From NCBI GenBank assembly GCA_034780895.1, contig JAUZTB010000002.1, forward strand, positions 57,669,797-57,733,796: a stretch of 64,000 nt of DNA. Reading direction: 5' to 3'. Below the pieces are notes generated by a model, which saw only the letters and a list, made by a program, of their open reading frames with translations, did not search any database and was not told where the DNA came from. Of this stretch, positions 1-13,439 are shown piece after piece (position 1 is the stretch's first letter; every line of letters begins with the position of its first letter). Made by a program: the position numbers and the translations under genes. The DNA comes from Rhynchobatus australiae (taxonomy: Eukaryota).

Positions 1-410
1 CATATTTGTCAAGTAGAGCCCTGTGGCTTTCGTTTCCCCTGTGTTTCCTGCTTACGAGAATATACCTGTTCTGCATCTGAAACATCACCGTTGTTCTGTG
101 AAACTTGGGTTGCACTTTATCTTGCCTAAATCCCCTCTCATCTGATTCTACTTTAGATTGCTCCTTGACTCTCTTTACAAACAGTGAAAACCTAATGATC
201 TGATGATTACTGCTCCACAAAAGATAGCCCACAATGACTTAGTCCATAAGGCCTACTTCATTTTCCCAACCAGAATCAGCAATGCCTCTTTCCTTGTTGG
301 GCTTAAAACAAAGTACCCCAGGAAACTTTCCTGATGGTATAAAGTTCTTCTTTCCAGATTACTGCAGCATTATTGAATGACAAGCAGATGCTGAATTATG
401 AGGAAAGATT

Positions 411-775
411 AAGATCATCTTATTGTCATATACACCAGGGTGCAATGAAATTCGTGGCTGACGTGAAGCTCAGAGAGTAAACAGTACGCATTGGTAATAA
501 TAAATGCAGTAATGAATGCAAAGCCACAAAGTTGCAAAGATTGTAGTGCAGTCTGAAGTAGCGCAAAAAGAAATGCGGAAGTGACGATAATGGAATTAAT
601 AGTGGAGGTAGAATTAAGAGTCCGAGAACGTGGCAACACCACAGGGAACGTGATGTAAAAGAGGTGATTGGTTCAGAAGTCTGACAGCAGTGGAGAAGAA
701 GCTGTTCATAATTCTGGCTGTGCAGGCTTTCAAGCTCCTGTATCTTCTCCCAGAAAGAACTGGGAATGGAACAAT
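411..775 (-). mobile_element. Rex1/Babar-like LINE 3' fragment
   Basis: ORF 614..997 contains SGRRYRSLKACTARIMNSFFSTAVRLLN, a typical Rex1 RT C-terminus. Tail ttcattgcac...atatgacaataaa on the minus strand. Confidence 0.75.
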
Positions 776-3029
776 AGGGAACTTCATAAAAGAGCCAACA
801 CAATCAGGTTGGACCAAATGACTTCCCGAATGTGCTGGATGGTTTGGTGCATTTTCCAGAATGTAAATTTGTTTATTTTCATGAGCCACATGCATGATAC
901 AGCAGGTACTCTGAAGAGATTGGGGAAGGGCTATTAAGTTCAGTGACAGAAATTTTGAGTGTTGGCATCCTGTCCCTATCACAAGAGACCCTTGCACTCT
1001 TCCAAATTTGGCTGTACGTTTGTGATAAACATATTAGCTGAGGCCAAGCCCACTCTTGCAATGACTTCAGTAATATCATTGTAATCTGATTGCTCAAACA
1101 GGATCATAAATTTATTCACAAGAAAAGCAAATGGTAAGTCGAATGCATGCTGTTACTTCCATCTTTGATTTACTTTTTCTTGAAACCTTATTGCAAGGTT
1201 TTGTTTACTGTCAGCGACAGCCTGAAAATGATTTCTAATTACTAATTTATTTCAGAAAATTTCTTTTTAAGGTTTCTAATACTTTTCTACAGCAGGGTGT
1301 TCAGCTCAGTCAGNNNNNNNNNNNNNNNNNNNNNNNNNNNNNNNNNNNNNNNNNNNNNNNNNNNNNNNNNNNNNNNNNNNNNNNNNNNNNNNNNNNNNNN
1401 NNNNNNNNNNNNNAGGGTGTTCAGCTCAGTCAGAGATCACAGTTGCTCTATTGTGAACACAAGTGGTTTCAGAATGGTGATTTAATCAAGGATTTTAAGA
1501 TTTTGAAAGAATTTAAAGGATGTAGAGGAAGATATTTTTTTCTGCAATGAAACATAATGGATGCAGGGAACATCCATTCAGATTTGGAAACAGTTCTTTA
1601 TGTAAATTGTGATAGACATGTTGAACTCCCCAAAAGCAGCAGATGCCAGCTGAATTTAATAATAAGTGCTGTCTGTCAGTTTGTTCAGCTCTTTGGTGTG
1701 TGTGGTTCATTTTTGCCTGCACAACTACCTCACTTCCATGTCACCTTTAAAATGTGGAAGGTCACAAGAGTGGGGTAGCTGTGCATGCTTTGGTGCAAGG
1801 GAACGAGCTAGATCCAGTCAATTTTCTGCTGATCGAACAGATAAGTTCAACCTAATAAGGGGGTTGCTGATGTGTTCAATTAGGCCCAATATATATCCCT
1901 TTGAGTTACAGTTGTAAAAGTAAATGTCAATGTGTTGAGCCATTGTTCCATAACTGTGTGAGATCTTGAGCAGGTTGTCCTTTTACAGCTGGAATCTGGG
2001 CACTCCATGAGATGCCAAGAAACACACGTAAGGAATCAGCACAGAAAATGTGCTTGTGCAGACTCTGAAAGAGCTGACAATTGGCAACTTTAACCTCATG
2101 TTACACTAAAATTTATTTTGCAAAACAGAATGTAGCATGATTGCACTTAATCTTAAACCTCACCCGGCCAATTCTGAGTATGATTTTAGTTTTGCTTATA
2201 GCCAAAGAGGCAAGACTTGTTGAAGTGATGTATTTTTTAAAATTCTAGTTGCAAGTAAAATTACAGAGTTGGTAGTAGCTGTGTCAATAACCTTATCTTT
2301 CCTGCATAAAGCAATTACAAAAGAAAAAAGTTTCTTAGTGAGTTGTCATATTGTTTACAGATCAATAATGTGTTAATGTCAAAATGATTTTTTTAGTTGT
2401 TATTTGTATTGAAAAATGTCAACCATCCTTCGCATGTCTCAGCTAATTCTGCTGTCCTGTTCAGGAAGTGCTGCAGTGTCATCACTGGTGGGATGGTATA
2501 ATTAGTAAAGGAGAAATTCACTCGAGCAGATTCAACATGAAATCCACACAAAGATGTATAATGCAAGCAGGAAATTGGAATTTGTGATTATTCAAAGTGA
2601 AGACTAAATAATGGCATGATGGAATGTTACATAAAATCATTGTTCCTGTTTTATGGTAAACCAAGAATACAGTATCTAGCAATGCATTTGCTCTTTGCCT
2701 GCCTGCATCAAAATATTTGCCAATCCATTGAATGATGATTCACTAGTGAATCCACAAACTTTACATTTCCCATTGTGTGGAACCAGTTAATAGAGCTGCT
2801 TAGCCTTGTCCATAGAGAATCCCCTCTGTCATGGATCACACAGGTAATAGTCAATATGCCCACATTCAAACCAAAAGTTTGATTATTGATCTTTGGTTGA
2901 TTGGAATTCTCAATTATTCTTTTGGTTTAATTTTGTTATAATGTGTTTGTTTTATTATGTGAATCATGTATGCTTTTATTTTATTTCTTTTGTTCTACTT
3001 TTTACTTTATTTACCTCCATTGTCACCAG

Positions 3030-3119
3030 GTTACAGTACGGCCTGGACATGGCTAACCGGCTGGCTGATGAACACGATCTGATAGCAGTCTATGTGAGCC
3101 GGCTGCAGAATGGCACACG
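3030..3119 (+). CDS. DTNB: beta-dystrobrevin exon, first visible syntrophin-binding site: (R)LQYGLDMANRLADEHDLIAVYVSRLQNGT(R)
   Basis: Long pyrimidine tract, then caccAG|G at 3028-3030 and donor CG|GTtagt at 3120. 90 nt, phase 2/2. Resembles recalled human DTNB [31 protein letters not shown]. Confidence 0.93.
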
Positions 3120-4889
3120 GTTAGTGTTTGTTGAGTTCAATGTAGAGCTATTACTGAGGAAATAAGTTTCTGAAATCTTGAAAAACACAGCTCAGTTGGA
3201 ATGACTGAAATCCAACTTTTGAGGGTAGGCATATGAGTGATCCAAGACCATCTGAATTCCTCATTAAGAATCTACAATCTACGAGCATGATTGCTGTATG
3301 CTTCAAACTAATAGCATTCCTTGCTGCGGTTTTGTGCATAAATGAGATTCTGTTGAACTGCATGAAGCATGACATAGTCTTTCTCGGTTAAATTTAAGAG
3401 TTCCAAGGAAAACCAGGCCGTGCCTCTTGATCTTGCTGTTATAGAACACTTTGACTTGTCGCTTGCCAAAAACCTTTATGATAATCTGTTGTGAGGAGCC
3501 TTGAAATGGTCCATCACCAACATATTAATGAGGAAAAAAATCATTTTTATGAGGAACAGCAATTCGCACACTACCAGGTGACATTTAGGATTTTCAGCCA
3601 ACTGTTGTATTGGGTGTATCTTTGAGTCCGATTCTCTAGCACTGCTTCAGTGTTCCAGGCAATGAAACTTGGATATCAACACATAACCCAATTTAGTACT
3701 CAATCAAATTCCTCAGCATGCAGTAAAATGCAGTGGAAAATAAAATAGGTGTGTCAAGAAAAATATTCAGAGCTGTCTGATTCTGCATTTTGTCAGTAAT
3801 TTTTTAGTTCTTGATAAGAACATAAGGATATATTAATTTTAATTGGCACTCAGTTCTTCAGACATTTTAAAAAAAAGTAAGAGCAAGGTAGCTATAAAGC
3901 ACACATCAGTTTTCTTCAGTGGTGCCTTCATCCATGATTAATTGTCCTATTTCAATATGGATGACCCTTTCTATTTTTGAATTCATGCGTTGTTTGGCAC
4001 CACACTGATTTTATGTTGCCACATCTTGGATTTGGAATCTCTAAGAGAGCAAGAGGTGGTGTTGAGTCACTGTGGCATTTGTAATCTTAGAGGAACGATT
4101 CAACTGAGATTCGTTCCACAGAGATGAGCTTGTTTATGGAAGGTCATGTTTTTCCTTCCTGTAACATCATGGAGAACACTGCATGTGCACAGAGCAGATG
4201 TTCAGTTATTGCAAATGGTTCCATCAAATTGCATACTTTATCCTGCATACTTGTCCCAATGCATCAATCAGGCAGGGAGGAAGAGATATGGTCTTCTGAC
4301 TGTGTTGGCTTTATGACCAGTATTAATTTTAGACTCCATTTGTTAAACAACAGCTAATAAATTTAAAAATCATTATCAGGCTACATATTAAAGGGAAAAT
4401 GACCTTCATGCAGTGTGATGTACATGTTCAGTACTAACATTTTCATGCAAATCAAGTAACTAGATGAACTGCATAACCAATTCAGCAGATTATAATTATT
4501 AGGTCAGGACTGGACAAGGATGAACCTTCAGAACGGTTGAATTAACTGGGTTGAATTGCCTGCTTCATCCATAATTATCCCTTGATCTTGTGCTGCAGGT
4601 TGTTTGCATCTTTCTGAACTCCTTCTCTCAGTACTCATTATTGCCTTGACCCATCATATCTGCATTAGTCAGTTTGTAATTTATTGTTGGCACTGACGTG
4701 CAGCAGTTAAATTCAAAGTTAAAAGCTTAATATTTGACTAAAGCCAATTAGCATTAATACCGTTGGGTAAAATGAATAAATCTTTCTCAGCTTAAAATTA
4801 ACAAATCATTTCCAAATTCCATTAGTTTATTACAAATAAATAGGAATCTTTGCTCATATTACTTCCTAAATTCCAATGAATACAGCCCT

Positions 4890-5075
4890 TATTTGTTAGC
4901 TTCTGTTGGAATCAAGTTTACATATGGTTTATGCTGCACTCTCTTTAAAACCAATACATCTTTCCTAAGGTGTGGGGCCGAGAACTGATCATACAAGTCC
5001 AGATGTGGTCTCAAGGGTTGTGCAGAAAGCAATCTCTTGTCCTCTGGACCTAAAAGCCATTGCCTGCTGCAGTTG
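4890..5075 (-). mobile_element. CR1 LINE fragment
   Basis: RPHLDLYDQFSAPHLRKDVLVLKRVQ is a degenerate RPHLEYCVQFWSPHLRKD motif. Confidence 0.75.
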
Positions 5076-6440
5076 CACAAGAGGAACTACATGTTCAGAG
5101 ATTTAGTGCATGTGCTGGGCTGGAGTCAGTGACGCAAAATTACCGTCTATGGGATTGTGACTGAAGCTGAAGTCAGAATCTCACCTAAGATCCACATTTG
5201 AAACTTGAATGTTACCCAATTCCTTTTTTTTGTTTTGAAATTCTTGGTATATAAGTGGTCAGGTTACTTTCTCACAGGCTGGAACAAAATCAAGCCTGGC
5301 ATCACTAAAAATAACTGCAAGATCTTTCATTTAAAAAAAAATGCGAACTACTTCAATTATTGCACAGAAATGTCAAAGTTCATCTGTACAGGGTACCCTG
5401 TGTTACAGGTTGGGGGGAGGGGTTGCATTCTTGGAAAAATGGACCATATCACAATTTTCTGTAACGTGAAGCCATGTCATCTGTGCAAACATAAAGAAGC
5501 ACAAGTTGAATAAAAATAAATTTTGGATTGATTTATTTAGTTTTCACACAAATTCTGTGAGAGTGAATTTTATTCCATATCACCAATTTTTGGGTAATGA
5601 TTTGTCAGTTCTTTAAGGGTGAATGTCCATTAACCTGGGTTGCCGTAACAGTGGGTTGTCTGCACTGTGAAGTGATTACAACATGAATAGAGGNNNNNNN
5701 NNNNNNNNNNNNNNNNNNNNNNNNNNNNNNNNNNNNNNNNNNNNNNNNNNNNNNNNNNNNNNNNNNNNNNNNNNNNNNNNNNNNNNNNNNNNNNNNNNNN
5801 NNNNNNNNNNNNNNNNNNNNNNNNNNNNNNNNNNNNNNNNNNNNNNNNNNNNNNNNNNNNNNNNNNNNNNNNNNNNNNNNNNNNNNNNNNNNNNNNNNNN
5901 NNNNNNNNNNNNNNNNNNNNNNNNNNNNNNNNNNNNNNNNNNNNNNNNNNNNNNNNNNNNNNNNNNNNNNNNNNNNNNNNNNNNNNNNNNNNNNNNNNNN
6001 NNNNNNNNNNNNNNNNNNNNNNNNNNNNNNNNNNNNNNNNNNNNNNNNNNNNNNNNNNNNNNNNNNNNNNNNNNNNNNNNNNNNNNNNNNNNNNNNNNNN
6101 NNNNNNNNNNNNNNNNNNNNNNNNNNNNNNNNNNNNNNNNNNNNNNNNNNNNNNNNNNNNNNNNNNNNNNNNNNNNNNNNNNNNNNNNNNNNNNNNNNNN
6201 NNNNNNNNNNNNNNNNNNNNNNNNNNNNNNNNTGCCCAGATTTTAGAGGGTACAAACATGGTGACAGTCAGTGTCATCAAAATGTGTTAACATTGACCAT
6301 TTGGCCCAACTTTGTTCATGCTTACAGAAAAACAGCTAATGTCTCCACTCCCCTCCCACCTCACCCATCACCATCTAAATATTTCTCAAATGAACAATAA
6401 TTCTTGTTTTCCGTAGACAGAATGTTCAATAGATAGATAT

Positions 6441-6540
6441 AGATACATTTATTTATTAGTCACATGTACATCAAAACACACAGTGAAATGTATCTTTTGC
6501 ATAGATACATAGTTCTGGGGGCAGCCCGCAAGTGTCACCA
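6441..6540 (-). mobile_element. SINE 3' tail fragment, same family as 10491-10783
   Basis: ttagtcacatgtacatcaaaacac...gttctggggg.agcccg.aagtgt is shared with 10507-10580. Confidence 0.7.
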
Positions 6541-6669
6541 ATGATAGTTGGCATGGGAGAGAAACAGGGCGACCAGGGGGAGGGAGTTGCTGCACATACA
6601 GTTTTATCCATTTGTTTTGGCTGGCAGATGCAAATACAGAAATCTGTAAGTTATGCTCAGCATTTTGTA

Positions 6670-7170
6670 ACAAGCTGCAGGCCATGTACTGATAAGAAAC
6701 TGCAGAGAGTTGTGGACACAGCTCAGCACATCACAGAAACCAGCCTCCTTTCCATGGACTCTGTCTATACTTTTCACTGCCTCAGTAAAGCAGTCAGCAT
6801 AATCAAAGACACCACCCACCCTGGACATTCTCTCTTCTCCCCTCTCCCATTGGGCAAAAAGATATAAAAGCCTGAAAGCACATATCACCAGGCTCAAGGA
6901 CAGCTTCACTCCTGCTGTTACGAGACTATTGAATGTTTCCCCCGCACAATATCATGGACCCTTGACCTCACAATCTACCTCATTTTGATCTTGCACATTG
7001 TCTACCTGCACTGCACGTTCTCTGTAGCTGTGACACTTTACTCTGCATTCTGTATTGTTTTACCTTGTACAATCTCAATGCACTATTGTAATGAATTGAT
7101 CTGTATGAACGGTATGCAAGATAAGTTCACTGTACCTCGGTACAAGTGACAGTAATAAACCAATTCTAAT
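6670..7170 (+). mobile_element. Rex1/Babar-like LINE 3' end
   Basis: KKLQRVVDTAQHIT...IIKDTTHPGHSLFSPLPLG followed by TRLKDSF..RLLN and a 3' tail ending aataaaccaattc. Confidence 0.85.
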
Positions 7171-8164
7171 CAAGGGAGCAGTGATAATTGTGCAATTCTT
7201 AAAATATGTATTTGCCAGAAAATTCTGCTGCAGGTCTTGAATATGATATGATTGCCAAATTATAAAAGTGCTCTCAAATCATTCAGGTTCCATTTGGTGA
7301 TTCAGTAATTAGTTCATTTGAGAAAGTAATGCTGCATAATATTTTTGGTAAATGTTGCATATTTATGAAATGGCTTGCCATTTTGTATTATGAATTACTA
7401 AAAATAGATACACATAATTTGTTGTTTTTCTGCCATCTCCCATCAGTCTGGTGCTTGAAGCATGAAAACATGAGGATTAAATTATTATCAGATTCAGTTA
7501 TCTTAATTTTCAGAGTGGTGCTTATCTTAAACAGTGAACACTACCTCCCTTTCCTGCCCGTTTGATCTCTTTAGGATGGAACAATTTGCAAGTTTGCTGT
7601 CCTCTGGTTTTTTTTGCCCTTTGATTTGCTGCAAGTTTTGAGATACAGAACCTAATATTTTTCANNNNNNNNNNTATCCTACCTTTTACAAATTGTGATA
7701 ATAAATGAGACAGTGGTCCAGATTTCACAGTGAGAATAATAGTGAGGTGAACAGCATTCACTTTTATTCTGGAATAAATCTGACAGCAGCTTCCAGCATC
7801 TACTGTATGCCCGTGCAGTCAAAGGCAGAAATTCTTGTTGATATTCTGTTCTTTCTTAAGATTTACTACACTGTTACAGTGCCTGGAGACTTTGCATTTC
7901 ACATACATGTCATGGTCAGAAGTTTCACACTGGAAGCACAACAGGAAAAGATGGGACCTCTAAATTCTGGTGTGAATGAATGCTTAAACCTTAATAAAGT
8001 TCAGGCCACTTAAGGATAAACGTGTTAAACCTTAATTATCTCCAAATTTTTCCTTTGGCCTTTAAATTTACTTTTAATACTGTGGTGTCTTATTTCTTTA
8101 GATTTCAATTCTTATAGTAATACTAAAAATTAAATTGTATGTTTCTTCCACTGTTGGAAATTAT

Positions 8165-8450
8165 TTTTCCAAGGTTAGAAATGTCAAGTACTAGAGGACA
8201 TGCACTTAAGGTGAGAGGGGGAAAGCATAAAGGAGATGTGCAGGGTATGTTGTTTTTGCACAGAGATTGGTGGGTGCCTGGAATAGACTGCCAGGGGAAG
8301 TGGTGGAAGCAGATACAATAGCGGTTGAGGTAGTCACATGATTATACAGGGAATGGATCACATAGAGCCAGAGAGGATTTAGTTTAATTCGCATCATGTT
8401 CAGCACAGACATTATGGGCTGAATGGCTTGTTCCTGTTCTGTGTTATTTC
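8165..8450 (+). mobile_element. CR1 LINE 3' end
   Basis: STRGHALKVRGGK motif and tail gggctgaatggcttgttcctgttctgtg. Confidence 0.8.
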
Positions 8451-10209
8451 TGTCTCATTTATCTATCTCTCAATTCCAGTTTTATTTCCTCTCTATTTTA
8501 CTTTTTGTTCATAATTTTACAATGACGTAACTATCTATATTTACACTTAATTATTCAGTCTCTACATCCTGGCAAGGTTTCTTGGTTGATTGAAGAGATA
8601 CCCATTGCTTTCCCTTCATACAAGTCACATGTACCCGTTAGAAAAACAGAGCGTGTTCACTGCAAGATGTAGACCAATGTCACAAGAGAGAATTTGTTCA
8701 TTTTATAGAGTGTGGTAATTTAAGAGCTAATATTAATTTTTATCTGTGGTATTGGTTAATTCATTGAAAGATGGCACATAGTCAAATATGTCCCAAAGAT
8801 GTGCTGCTTGGTTGGTTATTTGGCTACTGAAAGTTACCCCTGCAGTTGATGGATAGAAGTTGATGAGCAGTGAGAGAGGGGTGATAGGGAAGTGGGGGAA
8901 TGGGACTGGGATGGAAATATTTTGAACCAATAGAGACTAGATTGGCAGAGGTGGTGCAGGAAGTTTGCGAGGGCAGGGATGATGGACATGGAGAACTTGA
9001 TGTGAGCTAGGAAATGGCAGCATGGTTTTGAAGGGCTAAAGTCTGTCGATAGTGGAAAATCAAATTGAGGAAGGAAGGTCGATGAGAAGAGCATTGGCAG
9101 GAGTTCAAAATGCTATTGCTAAATCTATGCATTTATTCATTCTACAAAATTCTATATTACCACCATCATCACCAACCTGATAACATTTATGGAGCTGAAC
9201 ATTTGAAGGCTGGCAATTGTCCACCAATTGCATTGTTCCTTGCTTAGATGTGTGTGTGGAAACACAACATTACTTTGTATTCATCTCAAAACCAAATGCC
9301 TGAGAAGTCCACAGTGTCTGTTTCTCTGAGATGGAGTTGGCATTCTCTCTTTATAAACTAAACCCAGAAGTTTTGGTGCAAAATCATTCAACTGCAACCT
9401 GTAGGCACAAGATCTGTTACATTTTAACTATTTTTGTAACAAGGGGCATTGACCGGTTGAGTTATGTAAACCAAATAAGATGGAGGTTAGCTACCAACAA
9501 CAAGCTTAAGATGGTGTGACTGGTGCAGAACTGGATGGAGTGCTGTTGTCTAGTGTGGAATGTAGCCTTGACTCCAGTATCTGATAGCTAATTCTTCCAT
9601 CATTGGTTGGCTTCATTGCATTCTTCCAGACTTGACATCATAGAGTGGGTTCAGCCCCAAGATAATGTGTAGACATCAAATTATTCCAAACCAAGTAGTT
9701 AAAAAATGTTGCTAAATAGTTTAGTAATGTGAACTTGCCTCATGATATCAGTTTTGCACATGTAAGAAAAGGAATAACTTTGTCGTAAACCAAATCTGTT
9801 CTCAAAATTACACAAATTCAATTGTTTCATAAAACACTAAGGCAGAGCTAAACTTACAAAGTCTTATAACTGTTGGGGAGTTTTTAAGGACTTTCTTTTA
9901 TTGCTGCCTTTTGATTTGACAAATTACCCAAATCTAGTTTTAAGTAGTTTACAGTTTTGCCATTACAAGAGGATCAAATTCTATCAAACCCCATTCTCTC
10001 TGGATTATGAATATAAGTATATTCCTTGGTTAGAGTTTGCTGGGTTCATAACGTGTTGTTGGTTTGTCGTGAGCCATTAATAACAGAATGAAAGACGATT
10101 TGAATTTCTGACTAACTATTAGTTCTTCATTCTGCTTGTCCAGTGAGCTGCTTAAAAATATGGTTAATTTCTGAAAGATTGTATTTTAATTTGAATTTAT
10201 TTCTAGCAG

Positions 10210-10297
10210 TGTCCTGGACAGTCCGAGCAGACTGGATGAAGAACACAGGCTGATTGCCAGGTATGCTGCCAGGTTGGCTGCAGAAGCTGGAAACACA
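10210..10297 (+). CDS. DTNB: beta-dystrobrevin exon, syntrophin-binding site: [29 protein letters not shown]
   Basis: Acceptor tttctagcAG|T (alternative start 10207) and donor ACA|GTaagt. Phase 2 in, phase 0 out. VLDSPSRL...EAGN is beta-type (alpha has MLESSNRL...ESSS). Confidence 0.97.
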
Positions 10298-10490
10298 GTA
10301 AGTTGCACAGCCTTTCTCATTTTACTTTTCTTGTTCTTGGCACCCAACATCCAATAAATAACAACCCTTTACATTGAAAGATGAGGAGGTTATTGTCGGG
10401 TGCAGAATAATAGACGTGTGTCTTGACTTTTGATTTTCAGTACAGTCTGATAGAGTTTATTAATGCTGGTTATAAGACTGGAATAATGTA

Positions 10491-10783
10491 AGATAAGATA
10501 TCTTTGTTAGTCACATGTACATCAAAACACTGTGAAATGCATCTTTGCTAAGAGTGTTCTGGGGGAAGCCCGTAAGTGTTGCCACGCTTCCGGCGCCAAT
10601 GTAGCATGCCCACGACTTCCTAACCTATACGTCTTTGGAATGTGGGAGGAAACTGGAGCACCCAGAGGAAACCCACACAGACGCGGGGAGAATGTACAAA
10701 CTCCTTACAGACACTGGTCAGAATTGAATCCAGGACGCTGGTGCTGTGAAGTGTTACGCGAACCGCTACACGATCATGCCTGC
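10491..10783 (-). mobile_element. tRNA-derived V-SINE, apparently full length
   Basis: Minus strand has A-box-like gtgtagcggtt, B-box-like ggattcaattc, V-domain gggtttcctctgggtgctccagtttcctcccacattccaaagac, and a short tctta repeat tail. Confidence 0.85.
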
Positions 10784-11479
10784 TCAATTCAATGTCATTG
10801 AATTTTTGATTATCAGTAAGATTTTCAAAGAAAATGTTGCACATGTTGGGATTAATTGAATTTATCAGAATGTTTGTCTGAACTCAAAAGTAGTATCATG
10901 GATTTGAAATGTCTCTTGAGCAGCTTTTGTATGTGGCAGAGGGGGTATCTGAGGGAGGTATANNNNNNNNNNNNNNNNNNNNNNNTAGATAATTGCAAAC
11001 TTTTGCCCCCACAGTAGAGATGTCTAAAACTAGACATAGGTTTAGGGTAAGGGCAAGAGGTTTAAAGGGGATCATGGTGTGCAGTTTTACATGCTGGGTT
11101 GGTTATCTGCCAGGCACAGTCACCCTGGTGCTGTTCCAAACCTTTCACTTGTGCTCACTGAGTGACTGATAAACTTAGATGAAGAGTCGAGTCGTTTGTC
11201 AAGAGTTTTTACATCTGTTTATGTCGGGAGCTGCAGCTCTTTCCCAGAAACGTTCTCCATAGGAAGCATTGGAGAGGAAGAAGAGGATTACAACATTCAA
11301 AAGGTTTATTTAAGTGGAAGCAGTTTGACTGTGTTTTGCTCAATGTTAAGAATGACCCATTCCACCCTTAGATCAAATTTATTGCATGGCTGGAGCTAGG
11401 ATAAAGGCACAACAATAATTAAATGTGAGTTTTCTTCTTGGGTTCAATTTGGGTTGAGAAAATTGGTGTGGAGTCAAGG

Positions 11480-12365
11480 CATCATAAAGCACAGAAACAG
11501 GTCCTCTAGCCTACCATGTCCATTCCAACCATCAAGTACTCATCTGTATTAGTCCCATTTACCATTATTGGGTCCATAGCCATCTTTGCATTGGCATTTC
11601 AAGTGCTTATCTAAATGCTTCTTAACTATACTGAGACTCTTTGCCTTTGTCACCCTCAGGCAGTGTGTTCCAGATTCCAGCCACCTTCTGGAGGGAAAAA
11701 TTCCTCCTCCTGGTCCCATTTTAAACCTCTTACCCTTACCCATAGCATATGCCCTCTGGTTCAGACATCTCTGTTGTGGGGAAAAGTGTTCCACTATTTA
11801 CCCTGTCCATGCCCCTCATAATTTTGTGTACCTCCATCAGGTACCCCTTCGGTCTCCTTGGCTCCAGGGAAAACAAATCCAGCCTATCCAATCTTTCCTC
11901 ATATCCCTCCATGCCTCAAACTCCCTCGGGCCTTTAGGACCCTACCATTCACCGTGTATATTCTACCTTTATTAGTCCTCCCAAATTGCATTATTTCACA
12001 TTTCAGTATTAAATTCCATTTTACCAAATGATCAATTTTCGTCCTGTAGCCAAAGACTATCGTCCTCGCAATTGATAACATTCACTAATTTTTGTGTCTT
12101 TTGCAAACCAAGCAATCATACCACTTATGTTCATATCCACACCGTAATGTATGTAATGCACAGTAAGAATCCTAGCTCCAATCCCTGAGGCACACTACTG
12201 GTCATAGGCTTCCAGTCACAAAAACAGCCCTCCACCATCACCTTTTTTCTCAAATTTCCAGGCAAATTTTGGATCCAATTTGCCTTGTATCCCATAGGCT
12301 CTGACCTTTTGGACCAGCTTCCCATGTGGGACCTTGGTGAAGAATTTACTGAAGTCCATATAGAA
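11480..12365 (-). mobile_element. CR1 LINE 3' portion with internal deletions
   Basis: TSSVPQGLELG (VPQGSVLG), KHLDKHL..GYGPNNGKWD and a CR1 tail. Confidence 0.85.
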
Positions 12366-13439
12366 TATATTCTTTGTGCCAACAGAGGTATGTTAATTTG
12401 GAACTGCACAGTTTGCCACTGGCGGTTTTGGTCATGGGATTGTGGCCTGAAAACTTGCCCAGCCTTAAAAAGAATAAGGTCATTCCTTCATGTGTGGTGG
12501 AGATCTGTGCCTGGTTCTGGGGGTTTGCAGAGGGATTGGAGTTTGGAGATGAAGCAGGGTCAAGTGTTGTTGCTCAGAGGTGAAGAGCTTGGGGAATGGA
12601 GGTGTACCATTAGGGTGCTGGGTCGGTCAGAGTGCGAGGTCAACTATAAGTGAGGTCGCAGTGCTCGATATTGTTTGTTCTGTTGATGGGTTGTTGCTGC
12701 AGTGGGAGCCTTTGATCAGTAATCAGAAGTCGGGTTGTAAGATCAGGGTTTGTGGGTGGGGAGATCAATGGGTGAAATAGGGTGGTTGGTTGGTTGGGTG
12801 TCATGAGTTTGGGAGACAAGGGCTTATGCCCAGAGGGAGAGCTGGTAAGTTAATAAAGGGAACTTAACTGAATTGGGCTCCAAGTGCCAGCTCTACTCAT
12901 GGAGAGCTCCCTTTATCCTATTGATGTGGAGGGAGCAGAGTAATCAAAATCTGGTTGGGCAATGAATGATACTTTCTGGAACCACATGGACAGATTCCTC
13001 CAGCAACACCCAAAACAAAGGGTGAATGATATCCTCCTTAGAAAACCCAACATCAGCACAAGCACCATTCACAATAAATGGCTGGTTGAATTTCTGGAGT
13101 GGTGTCTTTCAACCTGGAAACAACCATGATTGCTTTCCACCTAGAAAAGAAATTATTTTCATACACAGATCTGCAATAACATTTCAAGATATTTTGTTTT
13201 CTCCCAATGGCACTTTTATTCTTGACTTGTAATTAATTAGTAAGGAAAAAGCATTGAAATACCAATCAATTTAAGGTGAATTGAACTGAAGATCGTCAGG
13301 AATTCATCAATACAGTTTTGCTGGAGAAAGTTTATTCTTGAAGGTCTTAGATCTGGATTAATGTGATTGTTATTGAGGTATATTTTGATTGCCTTTGCGA
13401 GTTGAAGATAAATTATACTTAAACAGAAGCGTTGAAACT

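Noticed and set aside
1294-1433. Direct repeats flanking N runs (20 bp here, 32 bp at 31918/32050, 9 bp at 57468/57577, 14 bp at 59703/59817)
   Set aside because: Each flanks a gap of exactly 100 N, which points to overlapping contig ends (assembly artefact) rather than TSDs or CRISPR-like repeats.
1989-2027. 39-nt segment between ccttttacAG and GTaagg, upstream of the first exon
   Set aside because: In the required phase 2 it contains TGA and has no dystrobrevin similarity. At most a cryptic or poison exon.
5605-6280. Long ORFs over 200 aa here and at 42179-42922 and 44486-45305
   Set aside because: Their length comes from N runs translated as X.
10258-10266. Donor-like CAG|GTATG inside the exon
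   Set aside because: Lies within the conserved RYAARL codons, and its use would break the phase with the next exon.
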